Assembly (NCBI GenBank): GCA_963771355.1 | Contig: CAVYTA010000005.1 | Location: forward strand, 384,001 to 448,000 | Direction: 5' to 3' | From: an uncultured Candidatus Rokubacteria bacterium | GTDB lineage: Bacteria; Methylomirabilota; Methylomirabilia; Rokubacteriales; CSP1-6 | DNA length: 64,000 bases | In this document: positions 37,892 to 47,770 of the stretch, piece by piece | Layout of the letters: each line of letters opens with the position of its first letter | Numbering within the stretch: position 1 is the first letter of the stretch | Translations under genes and position numbers: made by a program | Notes under the pieces: model-generated | Database searches by the model: none | What the model saw: the letters and a program-made list of their open reading frames with translations, nothing else | What the model was told of the DNA's origin: nothing

Positions 37892-38700
37892 TGGCGGACC
37901 CCGCTGCCGCGGCGCCCGCGGCCCCCAGCCCCGGCGAGGTCTACGAGCGCGAGATGGTCCCCGGCCTGTTCGGGCCCTGGGCGGCGGATCTCGTCGAGCG
38001 CGCGGCCCCCGCGACGGGGACACGCGTCCTCGACGTGGCGTGCGGCACGGGCGTGGTCACGCGCCTCCTGCCGCCGCGGGTGGGAGCCACGGGGCGGGTA
38101 GTCGGTCTCGACCTCAATCCCGGCATGCTCGCGGCGGCGCGCACGGCGACGGCGGGCGCGCCCGTCGAATGGCTCGAGGGCAGCGCCCAGGCGGTGCCGC
38201 TCCCCGACGGCGCCTTCGATCTCGTGCTCTGCCAGCAGGGGCTGCAGTTCTTCCCGGACAAGGCCGCCGCGCTCCGCGAGATGCACCGCGTGCTCACGCC
38301 CGGCGGCCGGCTTTTCATCGCGGTGTGGAAGTCGAGCGCGCACTGCCCGGGCTTCGCCGCCCTCGAGCGGGCCCTGGCGAAATACGTGGGCGCGGACGCG
38401 GCCAAGTTGCCGCCCTTCTCGTTCGGCGACCGCGCGGCCCTCCGTGGCGTCATCGCGGGCGCCGGCTTTCGCGACCTGGTCATCCGGGCGGAGGTGAAGA
38501 TGACGCGCTTTCCCTCGCCCGAGGCCTTTTTCAGGGCCATCACCGCGGGCGCCCCCGCCATGCTGGGGCTGCTCGGGCAGCTGACAGAGCCGCAGCGGCG
38601 CGAGCTGATCTCCGAGATCAACGAGACCTTGGCGCCGCACCTCGACGACACCGGGCTGGCATTTCCCCAGCCTGCTCACCTGGCTACCGCCCGCAAGTGA
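37891..38700 (+). CDS. class I SAM-dependent methyltransferase
   Basis: VLDVACGTG, GLDLNPGML, CQQGLQFFPD. Confidence 0.9.
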   Translation: MADPAAAAPAAPSPGEVYEREMVPGLFGPWAADLVERAAPATGTRVLDVACGTGVVTRLLPPRVGATGRVVGLDLNPGMLAAARTATAGAPVEWLEGSAQAVPLPDGAFDLVLCQQGLQFFPDKAAALREMHRVLTPGGRLFIAVWKSSAHCPGFAALERALAKYVGADAAKLPPFSFGDRAALRGVIAGAGFRDLVIRAEVKMTRFPSPEAFFRAITAGAPAMLGLLGQLTEPQRRELISEINETLAPHLDDTGLAFPQPAHLATARK

Positions 38701-38780
38701 CCATCGTGCTAGAGTCGAAGCACGGAAAGGAGGGCGTCGAGGAGCGGATCCGAACGGGATAGAGGGGTCGTGAAGCACAC

Positions 38781-38926
38781 AGCGCCTGATCCGATCCGCG
38801 CGAGGTTCGCGCGGGCGGATGACGAGGAAGGGACCGATCGAGTCATTCGGCGGATGGTCCCTCGGCCGGCACGGTCGTGATGGGTGGAGCAAACCAGCGC
38901 GGTGACGCGCTGACAAACGCCACCCA
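38781..38926 (+). ncRNA. glmS ribozyme (GlcN6P-activated self-cleaving riboswitch)
   Basis: A^GCGCC cleavage site, P1 stem, GACGAGG core, ATCGAG/TTCGG and CGGAT, AGGGACC/GGTCCCT, TGGGTGG/CCACCCA with CAAA and ACAAA internal loop and a GTGA tetraloop; lies upstream of glmS. Confidence 0.9.
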
Positions 38927-39136
38927 GCGTGTACGCGAGTCGCTCCGACCCGCGTGACTGACGTCACCCCTCCTCTCTCTGCGTCAGCGAGGTCACGGTT
39001 CTCGCCAACGGGCGATCTTCGCGCGCTCAGGCGGGCACCGACATGCCGCGCCGGCACGCGCTCGGGAGCCGTGGGCAGGGTGCTCGCGGTGGCGCCGGAT
39101 CGCCTCGCGCCGCCTCCTCCGGGAGGGATGGCGATC

Positions 39137-40915
39137 ATGTGCGGGATCTTCGGTTACGTGGGCAGCGACGGAGAGGCCGCCGGCATCGTGCTGCGAGGCC
39201 TGCGACGGCTCGAGTATCGGGGCTATGACTCGTGGGGCATCGCGGTCGCCACCGGCCGGACCGTGGTGGTCGACAAGCGCGTCGGCAAGATCGGCGAGGC
39301 GGTGGCCAGCCTGCCGAGCAGCCGCTTCGGCATCGGGCACACGCGCTGGGCGACTCACGGGGGGGTCACGGTGCCCAATTCGCACCCGCACCTCGACTGC
39401 AGCGGACGCCTCGCGCTCGTCCACAACGGCATTGTCTCGAACTACGGGGAGCTCCGGCAGCGGCTGGGGCGGGCCGGTCACCGCTTCCGGTCGGAGACCG
39501 ATACCGAGGTCGTGGCGCACCTCATCGAGGAACATCTGGCCGACACGCCGGCGGGGCCCGAGCAGCTCGCCCGCGCCACCATGGCCGCGTTCCGCCACCT
39601 GCACGGGCTGAACGCGATCGCGGTGCTCGATGGGGAGAAGGGCCAGCTCGCCGCCGCGAAGAGCGGCTCGCCGCTGGTGCTGGGCTGGAGCGACGGAGGG
39701 CATCTGCTGGCCTCCGACCAGGGCGCGATCCTCGAGCGCACCCGCCGGGTGACGTTCGTCGAGGACGGTCAAGCCGCGCTGGTGACGGCGGAGGGGCACC
39801 GCCTCTTCGACGTGGTCACCGGGCGCGAGCTCCAGCCCAAGGTCATGGAGCTCGACGGCGAGGCCAGCGCCAGCGACCGCGCGGGCCATCCGGATTTCAT
39901 GACCAAGGAAACGTACGAGCAGCCGGCGGTGCTGCGTCGGCTCGCGGGTCCCGGCGCCGATCACGCGCGTCGTCTCGCCGGTCATCTGGCCGGCGCGCGC
40001 GACGTGGTCGCGGTCGGTTGCGGCACCGCCGGCTATGCGGCGCTGGCCGCCCAGTACCTGCTCGGGTCCATCGCCGGCCGGCGCGTCTCGGCGGTGGCCG
40101 GATCGGAGTTCAGCCATCTCGCCCCGTTCCTGGGGGCCGGCTCGCTCGTGCTGGCGTTCTCCCAGAGCGGGGAGACGATCGACGTGATCGAGGCCGCCCA
40201 GGCGGCGAAGGCGCGGGGAGCCCGGGTGGTGGCCATCGTCAACGTGGAGGGCTCGTCGCTCTGGCGCCTGGCCGACGACGCGATCCCGCTCGGGGCCGGG
40301 CCCGAGCAATGCGTGCTGTCCACCAAGAGCTTCACCGCCAAGCTCGCCCTCCTCGTGCTGACCGGCTACGCCGTGGCCGGACGGCCCGAGGAGGGGCAGG
40401 CGCTGGTGGCGGCCGCCGCCGACGAGGTGGAGCGGTTTCTCGGCGACGATCGGCGGGCGCTCATCGGTCAGATCGCCGAGGCCATCCAGGATCGCGCGCA
40501 CCTCTTCGCCATCGGGCGGGGATCGAGCTATCCGCTCGCGCTGGAGACGGCCCTGAAGGTGAAGGAGGTGAGCTACATGCACGCAGAGGGCTTCGCCGGC
40601 GGCGAGCTGAAGCACGGGGTCATCGCCCTCATCGAGCCGGGCACGCCCTGCATCGCCCTGGCGCCGTGCGACACCACCCGCGACGATGTGCTCGGCGGCG
40701 CGATGCAGGTAAAGGCGCGCGGGGCCCGCGTCATCGGCGTTTCCCCGGCGCCGCACGAGGCCTTCGACCACCATGTTCGCGTGGCCGACCTGGGGCCGGC
40801 GACCGCCATCGTCAACGCGATCCCGGCCCAGCTCCTGGGCTACGACCTCGCGCGCCTCCGCGGCCACGATCCCGACAAGCCACGGAATCTGGCCAAGAGC
40901 GTCACCGTGAAGTAG
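39137..40915 (+). CDS. glmS: glutamine--fructose-6-phosphate transaminase (isomerizing)
   Basis: MCGIFGY (Cys1), EYRGYDSWG, GHTRWATHG, SQSGETID, ELKHG, PRNLAKSVTV. Confidence 0.96.
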   Translation: MCGIFGYVGSDGEAAGIVLRGLRRLEYRGYDSWGIAVATGRTVVVDKRVGKIGEAVASLPSSRFGIGHTRWATHGGVTVPNSHPHLDCSGRLALVHNGIVSNYGELRQRLGRAGHRFRSETDTEVVAHLIEEHLADTPAGPEQLARATMAAFRHLHGLNAIAVLDGEKGQLAAAKSGSPLVLGWSDGGHLLASDQGAILERTRRVTFVEDGQAALVTAEGHRLFDVVTGRELQPKVMELDGEASASDRAGHPDFMTKETYEQPAVLRRLAGPGADHARRLAGHLAGARDVVAVGCGTAGYAALAAQYLLGSIAGRRVSAVAGSEFSHLAPFLGAGSLVLAFSQSGETIDVIEAAQAAKARGARVVAIVNVEGSSLWRLADDAIPLGAGPEQCVLSTKSFTAKLALLVLTGYAVAGRPEEGQALVAAAADEVERFLGDDRRALIGQIAEAIQDRAHLFAIGRGSSYPLALETALKVKEVSYMHAEGFAGGELKHGVIALIEPGTPCIALAPCDTTRDDVLGGAMQVKARGARVIGVSPAPHEAFDHHVRVADLGPATAIVNAIPAQLLGYDLARLRGHDPDKPRNLAKSVTVK

Positions 40916-40931
40916 CGCCCGAGAGCCGGTG

Positions 40932-43900
40932 TCACGGCGAGCCACGACCTTTTCCGCGGGCGCGCTCCACGCGGGCAAGCTGGTCGAGATCGCCCAGCGC
41001 CTCCAGGACGTGCATGCCGGCCTCGAGCTCGCTCTGATCGCCGGTGAGGAGCGCCCGCTCGCAGCGAACCCGCGCGGCGTAAGGCACCGCACCGGTCTCT
41101 TCGAAGATCCCGAGGGCGCGCGTCAGCTCGGCGGTGTCTCGCATCGAGATGCCGAGCGCCCGTCGGGCCTGCGCCTCGAGCAGCTTCAGGCTGTCGGCGG
41201 CGGCACTGGTCACGATCCGCTGGATCGCCTCGGGGGCGAGCGATCGGTCGAGGTCGGAATACAGCGAGAGCGTGCGCTCGACGAGCTGCTGCCGCGCGCG
41301 CGGGATCGTGCCGAACCCTCCGATGACTTCTGCCTCCAGCGCTTCGATGTCTCCGCGGCCATACGGGCGCAGGCGCCCAAATAGGGAGTCGGCGGCAAAG
41401 TGTTTCAGGATCTCATCGAGCACCGCCCGATACCGGTCAACGAGCTGGGTGTCGTGACGGGCCCGCCCGACATCCAGGGCGGCGATGAAGCCATGGACGC
41501 AGTAGGCCGCCGGGATGAGTCCGCCTTCGGCCCAGATCTTCCGGGCGTGCTCGGCGACGGCGAGCGCCTCGTCCCACCGCCCGAGGAGCGTCAGGGCGTA
41601 CGCCCGCCAGGCCGCGGAGTGGAGCCCCCACCAGTGCACCTGGCCGGATTGAAAGAGACCCAGCGCGGAGGCGGTCGAGCGATCCGCCTGGGCGAGATCG
41701 CCCAGGAGGGCCGACGCCCACGCCACCATGGTATGGGCGTCGAGGCGTTCATGGAGATCCAGGCGATCCTCGAAGGCGAGGCGCTGCTGGGCAAACTGTC
41801 GGGACTGCGCGAACGCCCCGCGCGCTTTCGCGCAACTGGTGAGCGCGTCGAGCGCGGCGCTGCGGAGCCGGGGATCGTCGAGGCGCTCGGCAATCGCCAG
41901 GCCGCGTCCCGTACTCGCCTCGGCTTCGGCGATGTCCGCCGCCGTGGCCTGCGCCCCTCGCCAGAACGGATAGAACCCGTCCGCGATCAGGAAGCTCGCA
42001 ATGGCCTGCTCATCACGGGCCCGGGAGACGAGCGTCCGGCCATCCGTGCGGAGTCGCTGGATCTCCTCCTCGGACGGGCGGTTCCCCACCGTCCCCTGAA
42101 ACCGTGTGTACCGGGTGAGGAGGCTGCCCAGGACGCGCAGCTCCTGGTCGATCGGCCGGCCTAGCTCCCGGCAGAGGCGAAGCGCAACCCGGGAGGCCTC
42201 CGCCCCTTCGTCTCCCCCCGACACGTCACCGAGGCGCTCTTGCAGCTCCGGGAGATCGTCGGAGGCCGCCAGCTCGATGGCCGCGCGCAGGTGGCGGGCC
42301 GCTTCGGCGGTGGCGGCGCCGGCCGCGGCGACGTCGGCCGCGCGCTTGAGCCAGCTCACTGCCCTTCGCCGGATCTCGACCACGTCGAGCTGCGCGATCT
42401 TGGTCACGCTGGTGAGCGTGGCGGCTTCACGAAAGTGATAGGCGATCAGCTCGGCGAGCGCGTCCTCTTGCCCGCCGGCGCGGGCTTCGAGCCGGCGCGC
42501 GGCGGCGGCGTGCAAGTTCGCTCGTTCTGCGCGAAGCAGCGTCTGATAGGCCACCTCTCGGATCAGAATGTGGCGGAAGGCGAAGCTGTCTCCGGCCGAT
42601 GGCCGGATGAGATCCTTCTGGATAAGACGATCCAGCAGCGAGTCGGTATGGGATGCCAGATCCGGTCCGAGGGCGGCGATTCCGTCCGCGCGGAACGCCC
42701 GCCCGAATACCGCGCCGAGCTGCAAGACTCGCCTCTCCTCGGGCTCCAGGAGGTCGAGTCGGGCCAGGATGGTCGCCTGAATCGTGTCGGGGAGGGTCGC
42801 GAGCGTCTGCTCGAGGGCCGCGTCGTCGTTCAGCGAGAGGACGCGTTCCGTGATCGACTGGACAATCTCCGCCGCGAAGAAGGGGTTGCCTTCGGCGCGG
42901 ACCACGACACGCTCGACGATCTGCGGGGCACTCGAGCCGATCCGGTCGCGAACCAGTTGCGCGACCGAGTCGTCGCTGAGCGGCTCCAGGGACATGGAGA
43001 CGTAGTTCCGCCGGCCTCCTCCCCATCCCGGGCGCCGATCGAGCAGCTCCGGACGGGTCAGGGCGACCATCAGCACTGCCGCATCGCCTCGGGGCTGCAC
43101 GATGACCTCCACGAGATCGAGGAGGCTGTCACTCGACCAGTGCAGATCTTCGAATACCAGGACGAGCGGCGACCGTCGCGCCGCCACCTCGACGGCCGTG
43201 CGCCACGCGGCAAAAAGCGCGGTCCGGTCGATCACCTCCGGTTCACCGGCGCCGATGGTCGCGGCGAGGAGGTCGGCCACCCGCTCGGGCGATTCGACGC
43301 CGCGGTCGTGAAGCCAGACCCGGATCTCCTCGCGCACGGTTTCCGGCGCCGCCTCGTCCTTCAAGCCGACCAGGCGGATCAGGAGGGCGCGAAGCGGCCA
43401 GTAGGTGACCCGCTGGCCGTAGGGAAGGCACTGGGCGATTGCCACCGTCGCGTCGGACGAGAGGGCGGGCAGCCGAAGCAGAAACTCTTCGACGAGGCGC
43501 GTCTTCCCGGCCCCCGCGGGGGCGACGAGGCTCACGAGAAATGGCCGGCGGTCGGTGAAGGCCCGCCGGGCGACGAGCTCGAGCTGCGCCAGGTCGTCAT
43601 CCCGGCCGATGAGCGGAAAGCGGGACCGCGTGACCTCGGCCGCCCGCCCGAGGAGGGGCAGCGCCTGGATCGGCAGCCGCTTTCCCTTGACGTCGATCTC
43701 GGTCGGCTTCCCCAGGTTGAACCGGTCTCGAGCAGCCCGGGCGGTCCGCTCGCCGCACAGGATGGACCACGGCTCGGCCGCCTGCTGCAGGCGCGCTGCA
43801 ATGTTCACCGCGTCGCCGGTGATCAGGAAGTCGCTTGACGCGTTGTCACGCGTGGCGACCACTTCGCCCGTGTTCACCCCGATTCGTACCGTGTGCTGGG

Positions 43901-44186
43901 GAGCGAGCTTCGGGTCCACCCGGACGCGGTCGCGGATCTCGAGCGCCGCCGACATCGCGCGCTGCGCATCGTCGCCGTGGGCGTGGGGCAGCCCGAAGAC
44001 GGCCATGACCGCGTCGCCGATGGACTTCTCGACGGTGCCGCCGTGCGTGCCGACCACCTCTCTCGCAATGTTGTAATAGCGCGTCTGGAGGGCTTGAACA
44101 TCCTCGGGATCACGCGCCTCGCCGAGCATGGTCGTGCCCGCGATGTCGGCGAACAGCACGGTGACGATGCGGCGCTCTTCGGCCAT
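40932..44186 (-). CDS. class III adenylate/guanylate cyclase + STAND ATPase + helical-repeat protein
   Basis: LFADIAG, EKSIGDA, GDAVNIAARLQ; Walker A APAGAGKT, Walker B FEDLHW; GNPFF. Confidence 0.9.
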   Translation of the reverse strand: MAEERRIVTVLFADIAGTTMLGEARDPEDVQALQTRYYNIAREVVGTHGGTVEKSIGDAVMAVFGLPHAHGDDAQRAMSAALEIRDRVRVDPKLAPQHTVRIGVNTGEVVATRDNASSDFLITGDAVNIAARLQQAAEPWSILCGERTARAARDRFNLGKPTEIDVKGKRLPIQALPLLGRAAEVTRSRFPLIGRDDDLAQLELVARRAFTDRRPFLVSLVAPAGAGKTRLVEEFLLRLPALSSDATVAIAQCLPYGQRVTYWPLRALLIRLVGLKDEAAPETVREEIRVWLHDRGVESPERVADLLAATIGAGEPEVIDRTALFAAWRTAVEVAARRSPLVLVFEDLHWSSDSLLDLVEVIVQPRGDAAVLMVALTRPELLDRRPGWGGGRRNYVSMSLEPLSDDSVAQLVRDRIGSSAPQIVERVVVRAEGNPFFAAEIVQSITERVLSLNDDAALEQTLATLPDTIQATILARLDLLEPEERRVLQLGAVFGRAFRADGIAALGPDLASHTDSLLDRLIQKDLIRPSAGDSFAFRHILIREVAYQTLLRAERANLHAAAARRLEARAGGQEDALAELIAYHFREAATLTSVTKIAQLDVVEIRRRAVSWLKRAADVAAAGAATAEAARHLRAAIELAASDDLPELQERLGDVSGGDEGAEASRVALRLCRELGRPIDQELRVLGSLLTRYTRFQGTVGNRPSEEEIQRLRTDGRTLVSRARDEQAIASFLIADGFYPFWRGAQATAADIAEAEASTGRGLAIAERLDDPRLRSAALDALTSCAKARGAFAQSRQFAQQRLAFEDRLDLHERLDAHTMVAWASALLGDLAQADRSTASALGLFQSGQVHWWGLHSAAWRAYALTLLGRWDEALAVAEHARKIWAEGGLIPAAYCVHGFIAALDVGRARHDTQLVDRYRAVLDEILKHFAADSLFGRLRPYGRGDIEALEAEVIGGFGTIPRARQQLVERTLSLYSDLDRSLAPEAIQRIVTSAAADSLKLLEAQARRALGISMRDTAELTRALGIFEETGAVPYAARVRCERALLTGDQSELEAGMHVLEALGDLDQLARVERARGKGRGSP

Positions 44187-44193
44187 TCTGCGC

Positions 44194-47100
44194 TCAGAAG
44201 GCCGTGCGCTTGGCTTGCGCCAGGACCCGGTCGGTGTCGGCAACCAGAGGCCCGGCGCGGAGCGCGTCGAATGCTCTCCGAGCCTCGCCCAGGTGGGCGA
44301 CCGCCTCGTGAGGCCGACCCACCGCCACCAGGCAGCGGCCCGCCCCCAATGCCGCCTGCCCGTGCTCCAGGGCGAACCCGTAGCTCGCCCAGTGCGCCGC
44401 CACCTCGGCGTAGAGTGCGCTTGCCGCATCCGGGCGGCCTTGAGCTTCGGTGAGCACGGCACGGCCCGCGAGCACGGAGTATTGGTGGCGGGGCGCGCGG
44501 TGAGCGCTGCTGTCCAGCAGGCGTTCGGCGAGACGGATCGCGCCCGCCGCCACACTCACTCGGAGCGCCTCGGGCAGGTGACGGGCCCGAAAGACCGGGC
44601 GATCCCGAGTGATCTCCTCGATCTCCTCGATCAGCCGCACGGTCGTCACGTGGTTGCCGCGTGTGTGCTCGATGAGCGAGACGACGGCCACGGCGGGGAC
44701 GAGCACCTGGGGGTCCCGGATTTCCCGGGCGCGCGGCAGGAACTCCTCCGCGAGGACATGCGCCTGGCTCAGCTCCCCGCGGCACACCAAGACGTACGCC
44801 ATGTACGTCAGCGCGACGACGGTGACCTGACCCCCGCCCTGCCGCCGGTCCCTCTCGATCAAGTCGCCGGCGATGCGAAGCAGCTCGTCCCATCGCCCGA
44901 GATCGAACAGGGGCCAGAGCGTCTCCGCTTCGGCCCACATGACCGGAAGGGTGAGCCCCCGCCGCTCTCCAAACTCGATTCCCGCTCGCTTCACGTCGAG
45001 AGCCTGGGCGGGGCCCTCGACGACCCACACCCAGTCGCCGAGGTTTCCGTAGGACCGGATGGTTTCGTTCCCCAGGCCGAGATCCAGGCTGAGGCGAAGC
45101 GCTTCCCGGAGGTCGGCGAGGCCTCCGACCAGGTCGTCGAGCTGGCACCGCGCAAGGCCCCGGAGCTGACGCGCTCGGATGGCCTCGGCATCGAGCCCGA
45201 GGTCCTCGGCGAGGGCAAGGGCTTTCTCCGACCACACCGCGCAATCAGGAGAACGGTTGGCGACCATGTGGTCGGCCGCGCTATGCGTGTAGGCCAAGGC
45301 CAGCTCGCGTCCGGGCGGCTCGCGCTCGAGCAGCTCGATTGCCTGCGCGAGAAGCGCCCGCTTTCGGTCGGTCTCCCCCCGGAACCAGTACGTTCTGGCC
45401 AGTCGCACCATCGACTCGCCCGCGCCGAGGATCGCCCCCTGCGCGTGGAACTCGACGATCGCCTCCTCGAAGTCACGCTGGGCCTCGGACAGCCGGCCCC
45501 CGACGAGGGCGGCCTCGGCGGTCTTCCCGAGTAGCCTGGCCCGCTCGGGATGAAGCGGGGGAGAGAGCTTGAGCGCCTGCCGGTAGAAGGCCTCTGCCTT
45601 CCGGGCATCGAACTCGAGCGCTCGGTCGCCGGCCATGATCAGGTAGCGCCGGACCTGCGCCTCCAGCTCGTGCGTGTCATCATCCAGGCCGGCCGCCTTC
45701 GCAAGCTGAAGAGCCTGTCCGTAGTGGTGCGCGAGGATGTCGGCGTGGTCGGTCACGCGTTCGCCGGCCAGGCGCTCGATCCAGGCGGCCGCCGTCCGGT
45801 GCTTGCGCACCCGCGCCGCTCGGGGGATCTGCTGGTAGGCGACGTCGCGGATGAGCAGGTGCCGAAACGAATACTCCGCCTCACCCTTGACCGACGAGGT
45901 CCGAACGGGACGCAGGAGCTCCTTTCGGGCGACCATCTGCAACCCTTCTTCCACCACTCGCTCGTCGAGCCCGCTCATGAAGGCGAGCGCGCCCACCCAG
46001 AAGACGGTGCCCACGACGGCGGCGTCGTGGAGCAGCGCCTTCCGCTCAGCCGGGAGCGTGTCGAGACGGGCGGCGATCACGGCCTGGATGGTCTCGGGGA
46101 TCGGGATGGCGGCGCCGGCCGCAACCTGCATGGTCTGTCCCCGATGTTCGACGATCCCGCGGTCAGCGAGCATGCGAGCGAATTCCCCCGCGTAGAGCGG
46201 GTTTCCGCCGGCTCGCTCGAGCAGCGCGGTCTGCGTGTCATCCGGGAGCTCCACGCCGGGGAGGTGTGCGGCGATCAGCCGGCTCGTCTCTTCACGAGAG
46301 AGGGGGGCAAGCGAGATGGTGGTGGAGTCCCGCTTGCCGCCACCCCATCCGGGATGGCGCTCGAAGAGCTCAGGCCTGGTGGTGCAGACCACCAGGAACG
46401 GCAGACCCGCCGCCCAGTCCACGAGATACTCCACGAACTCGAGCAATGGCGCGCCGGCCCAGTGCACGTCCTCGAAGACCAGGACCAGCGGTTGGTCGTC
46501 CGCGACGGCCTCGAGGAAACGCCGCCAAGCGGCAAAGGATTCGGATCGCTCGGCCAGGCCCCCGGCGCCGGGGGTGCTCGCGCCGACCAGGAGGGCGAGG
46601 CGGGTCTTGAGCCAGTCTCGCTCGGTGGGATCTTCAATGATGGCCCCGATGGCCGCCGCGAGCTTGTCGGAGGCCTCGTGTGGACTGTCGGATTCCAGGA
46701 TTCCCGCCTGACTCTTGACGATCTCCCCCAGCGCCCAGAAGGTGATGCCCTCCCCATAGGGAAGGCATCGGCCTTGTCGCCAGCGCGCCCCCTGCGGCTG
46801 CCAGTCGACGAAGGCGCGGAACTCGCGGACCAGGCGACTTTTCCCGAGCCCCGGCTCGCCGGCCACCGTGATGAGCTGGGCCGAACCCTCTCGCGCGGCA
46901 CGAGCATAGAGGGCCTTCAGGAGGGCCAGCTCGTGGGTGCGGCCGATGAAGGGGGAGAGCGTCGCCTCGGCGGGATCGGCGCCGTATCGCCCGCGGGAGG
47001 CTTTGGCTCGCCACACCCGCATTGGCTCGACCTGCTCTTTGACCGAGACGGGATCGAGCGCCTCATAGTCCACCAGATGCCGGGTCGTCCGATAGGTGGC

Positions 47101-47547
47101 CTCGTCGACGACTACCGCTCCGACCGGGGCGATCGCCTGGAGGCGGGCCGCCGTGTTCACGACGTCGCCGGTCGCAACGCCCTCGCCTTCCACTCTCCTG
47201 GCCCCGCGCCCCACCACCGCTTCCCCGGTGGTGACGGCGGCCCGCAGGGCCAGCTCGAGCCCTGGCTCGGCTGCGTTCAGCTCCTGGACCGCCTCGACGA
47301 TGCGAAGGGCCGCCCGCACCGCTCGCTCGGCGTCGTCCTCATGGCCGACGGGCGCGCCGAAGGCGGCCATGACGGCGTCGCCGATGAACTTCTCCACGGT
47401 GCCGCCCCACCGCACGAGCTCTTGTCTCACGCAGGCGTAGTATGGCCGCAGCGTGCTTCGGATATCCTCGGGATCCGCTTGATCCGATCGCGCGACGAAC
47501 CCGACAAGGTCGACGCACAGGATGGACACGACTTTCCGCTCTTGCAT
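44194..47547 (-). CDS. class III adenylate/guanylate cyclase + STAND ATPase + TPR-like protein (alternative TTG start at 47604)
   Basis: CVDLVGF, EKFIGDA, GDVVNTAARLQ; GEPGLGKS, FEDVHW; GGNPLY. Confidence 0.9.
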   Translation of the reverse strand: MQERKVVSILCVDLVGFVARSDQADPEDIRSTLRPYYACVRQELVRWGGTVEKFIGDAVMAAFGAPVGHEDDAERAVRAALRIVEAVQELNAAEPGLELALRAAVTTGEAVVGRGARRVEGEGVATGDVVNTAARLQAIAPVGAVVVDEATYRTTRHLVDYEALDPVSVKEQVEPMRVWRAKASRGRYGADPAEATLSPFIGRTHELALLKALYARAAREGSAQLITVAGEPGLGKSRLVREFRAFVDWQPQGARWRQGRCLPYGEGITFWALGEIVKSQAGILESDSPHEASDKLAAAIGAIIEDPTERDWLKTRLALLVGASTPGAGGLAERSESFAAWRRFLEAVADDQPLVLVFEDVHWAGAPLLEFVEYLVDWAAGLPFLVVCTTRPELFERHPGWGGGKRDSTTISLAPLSREETSRLIAAHLPGVELPDDTQTALLERAGGNPLYAGEFARMLADRGIVEHRGQTMQVAAGAAIPIPETIQAVIAARLDTLPAERKALLHDAAVVGTVFWVGALAFMSGLDERVVEEGLQMVARKELLRPVRTSSVKGEAEYSFRHLLIRDVAYQQIPRAARVRKHRTAAAWIERLAGERVTDHADILAHHYGQALQLAKAAGLDDDTHELEAQVRRYLIMAGDRALEFDARKAEAFYRQALKLSPPLHPERARLLGKTAEAALVGGRLSEAQRDFEEAIVEFHAQGAILGAGESMVRLARTYWFRGETDRKRALLAQAIELLEREPPGRELALAYTHSAADHMVANRSPDCAVWSEKALALAEDLGLDAEAIRARQLRGLARCQLDDLVGGLADLREALRLSLDLGLGNETIRSYGNLGDWVWVVEGPAQALDVKRAGIEFGERRGLTLPVMWAEAETLWPLFDLGRWDELLRIAGDLIERDRRQGGGQVTVVALTYMAYVLVCRGELSQAHVLAEEFLPRAREIRDPQVLVPAVAVVSLIEHTRGNHVTTVRLIEEIEEITRDRPVFRARHLPEALRVSVAAGAIRLAERLLDSSAHRAPRHQYSVLAGRAVLTEAQGRPDAASALYAEVAAHWASYGFALEHGQAALGAGRCLVAVGRPHEAVAHLGEARRAFDALRAGPLVADTDRVLAQAKRTAF

Positions 47548-47770
47548 CCGATCGGGAAGCGACGGCCCGGGCGCGACGTCACGGTGACGCTGAGGCTCGT
47601 TCAAGGCGCGCCCTCGCTCCCGACCGCCCGCACCTGCGCCTGCGCCCAGCCCTCCCGCGTCAACCGTTATCTCCTTGCCCCTGCTCGCGCGCCACGCTCG
47701 CACCCCGAGAAGGCGAAGTCAAGCGCCGGCAAGGGCGATGCCCCTTTGCCATCACCGGCGCCAGGCGCCA

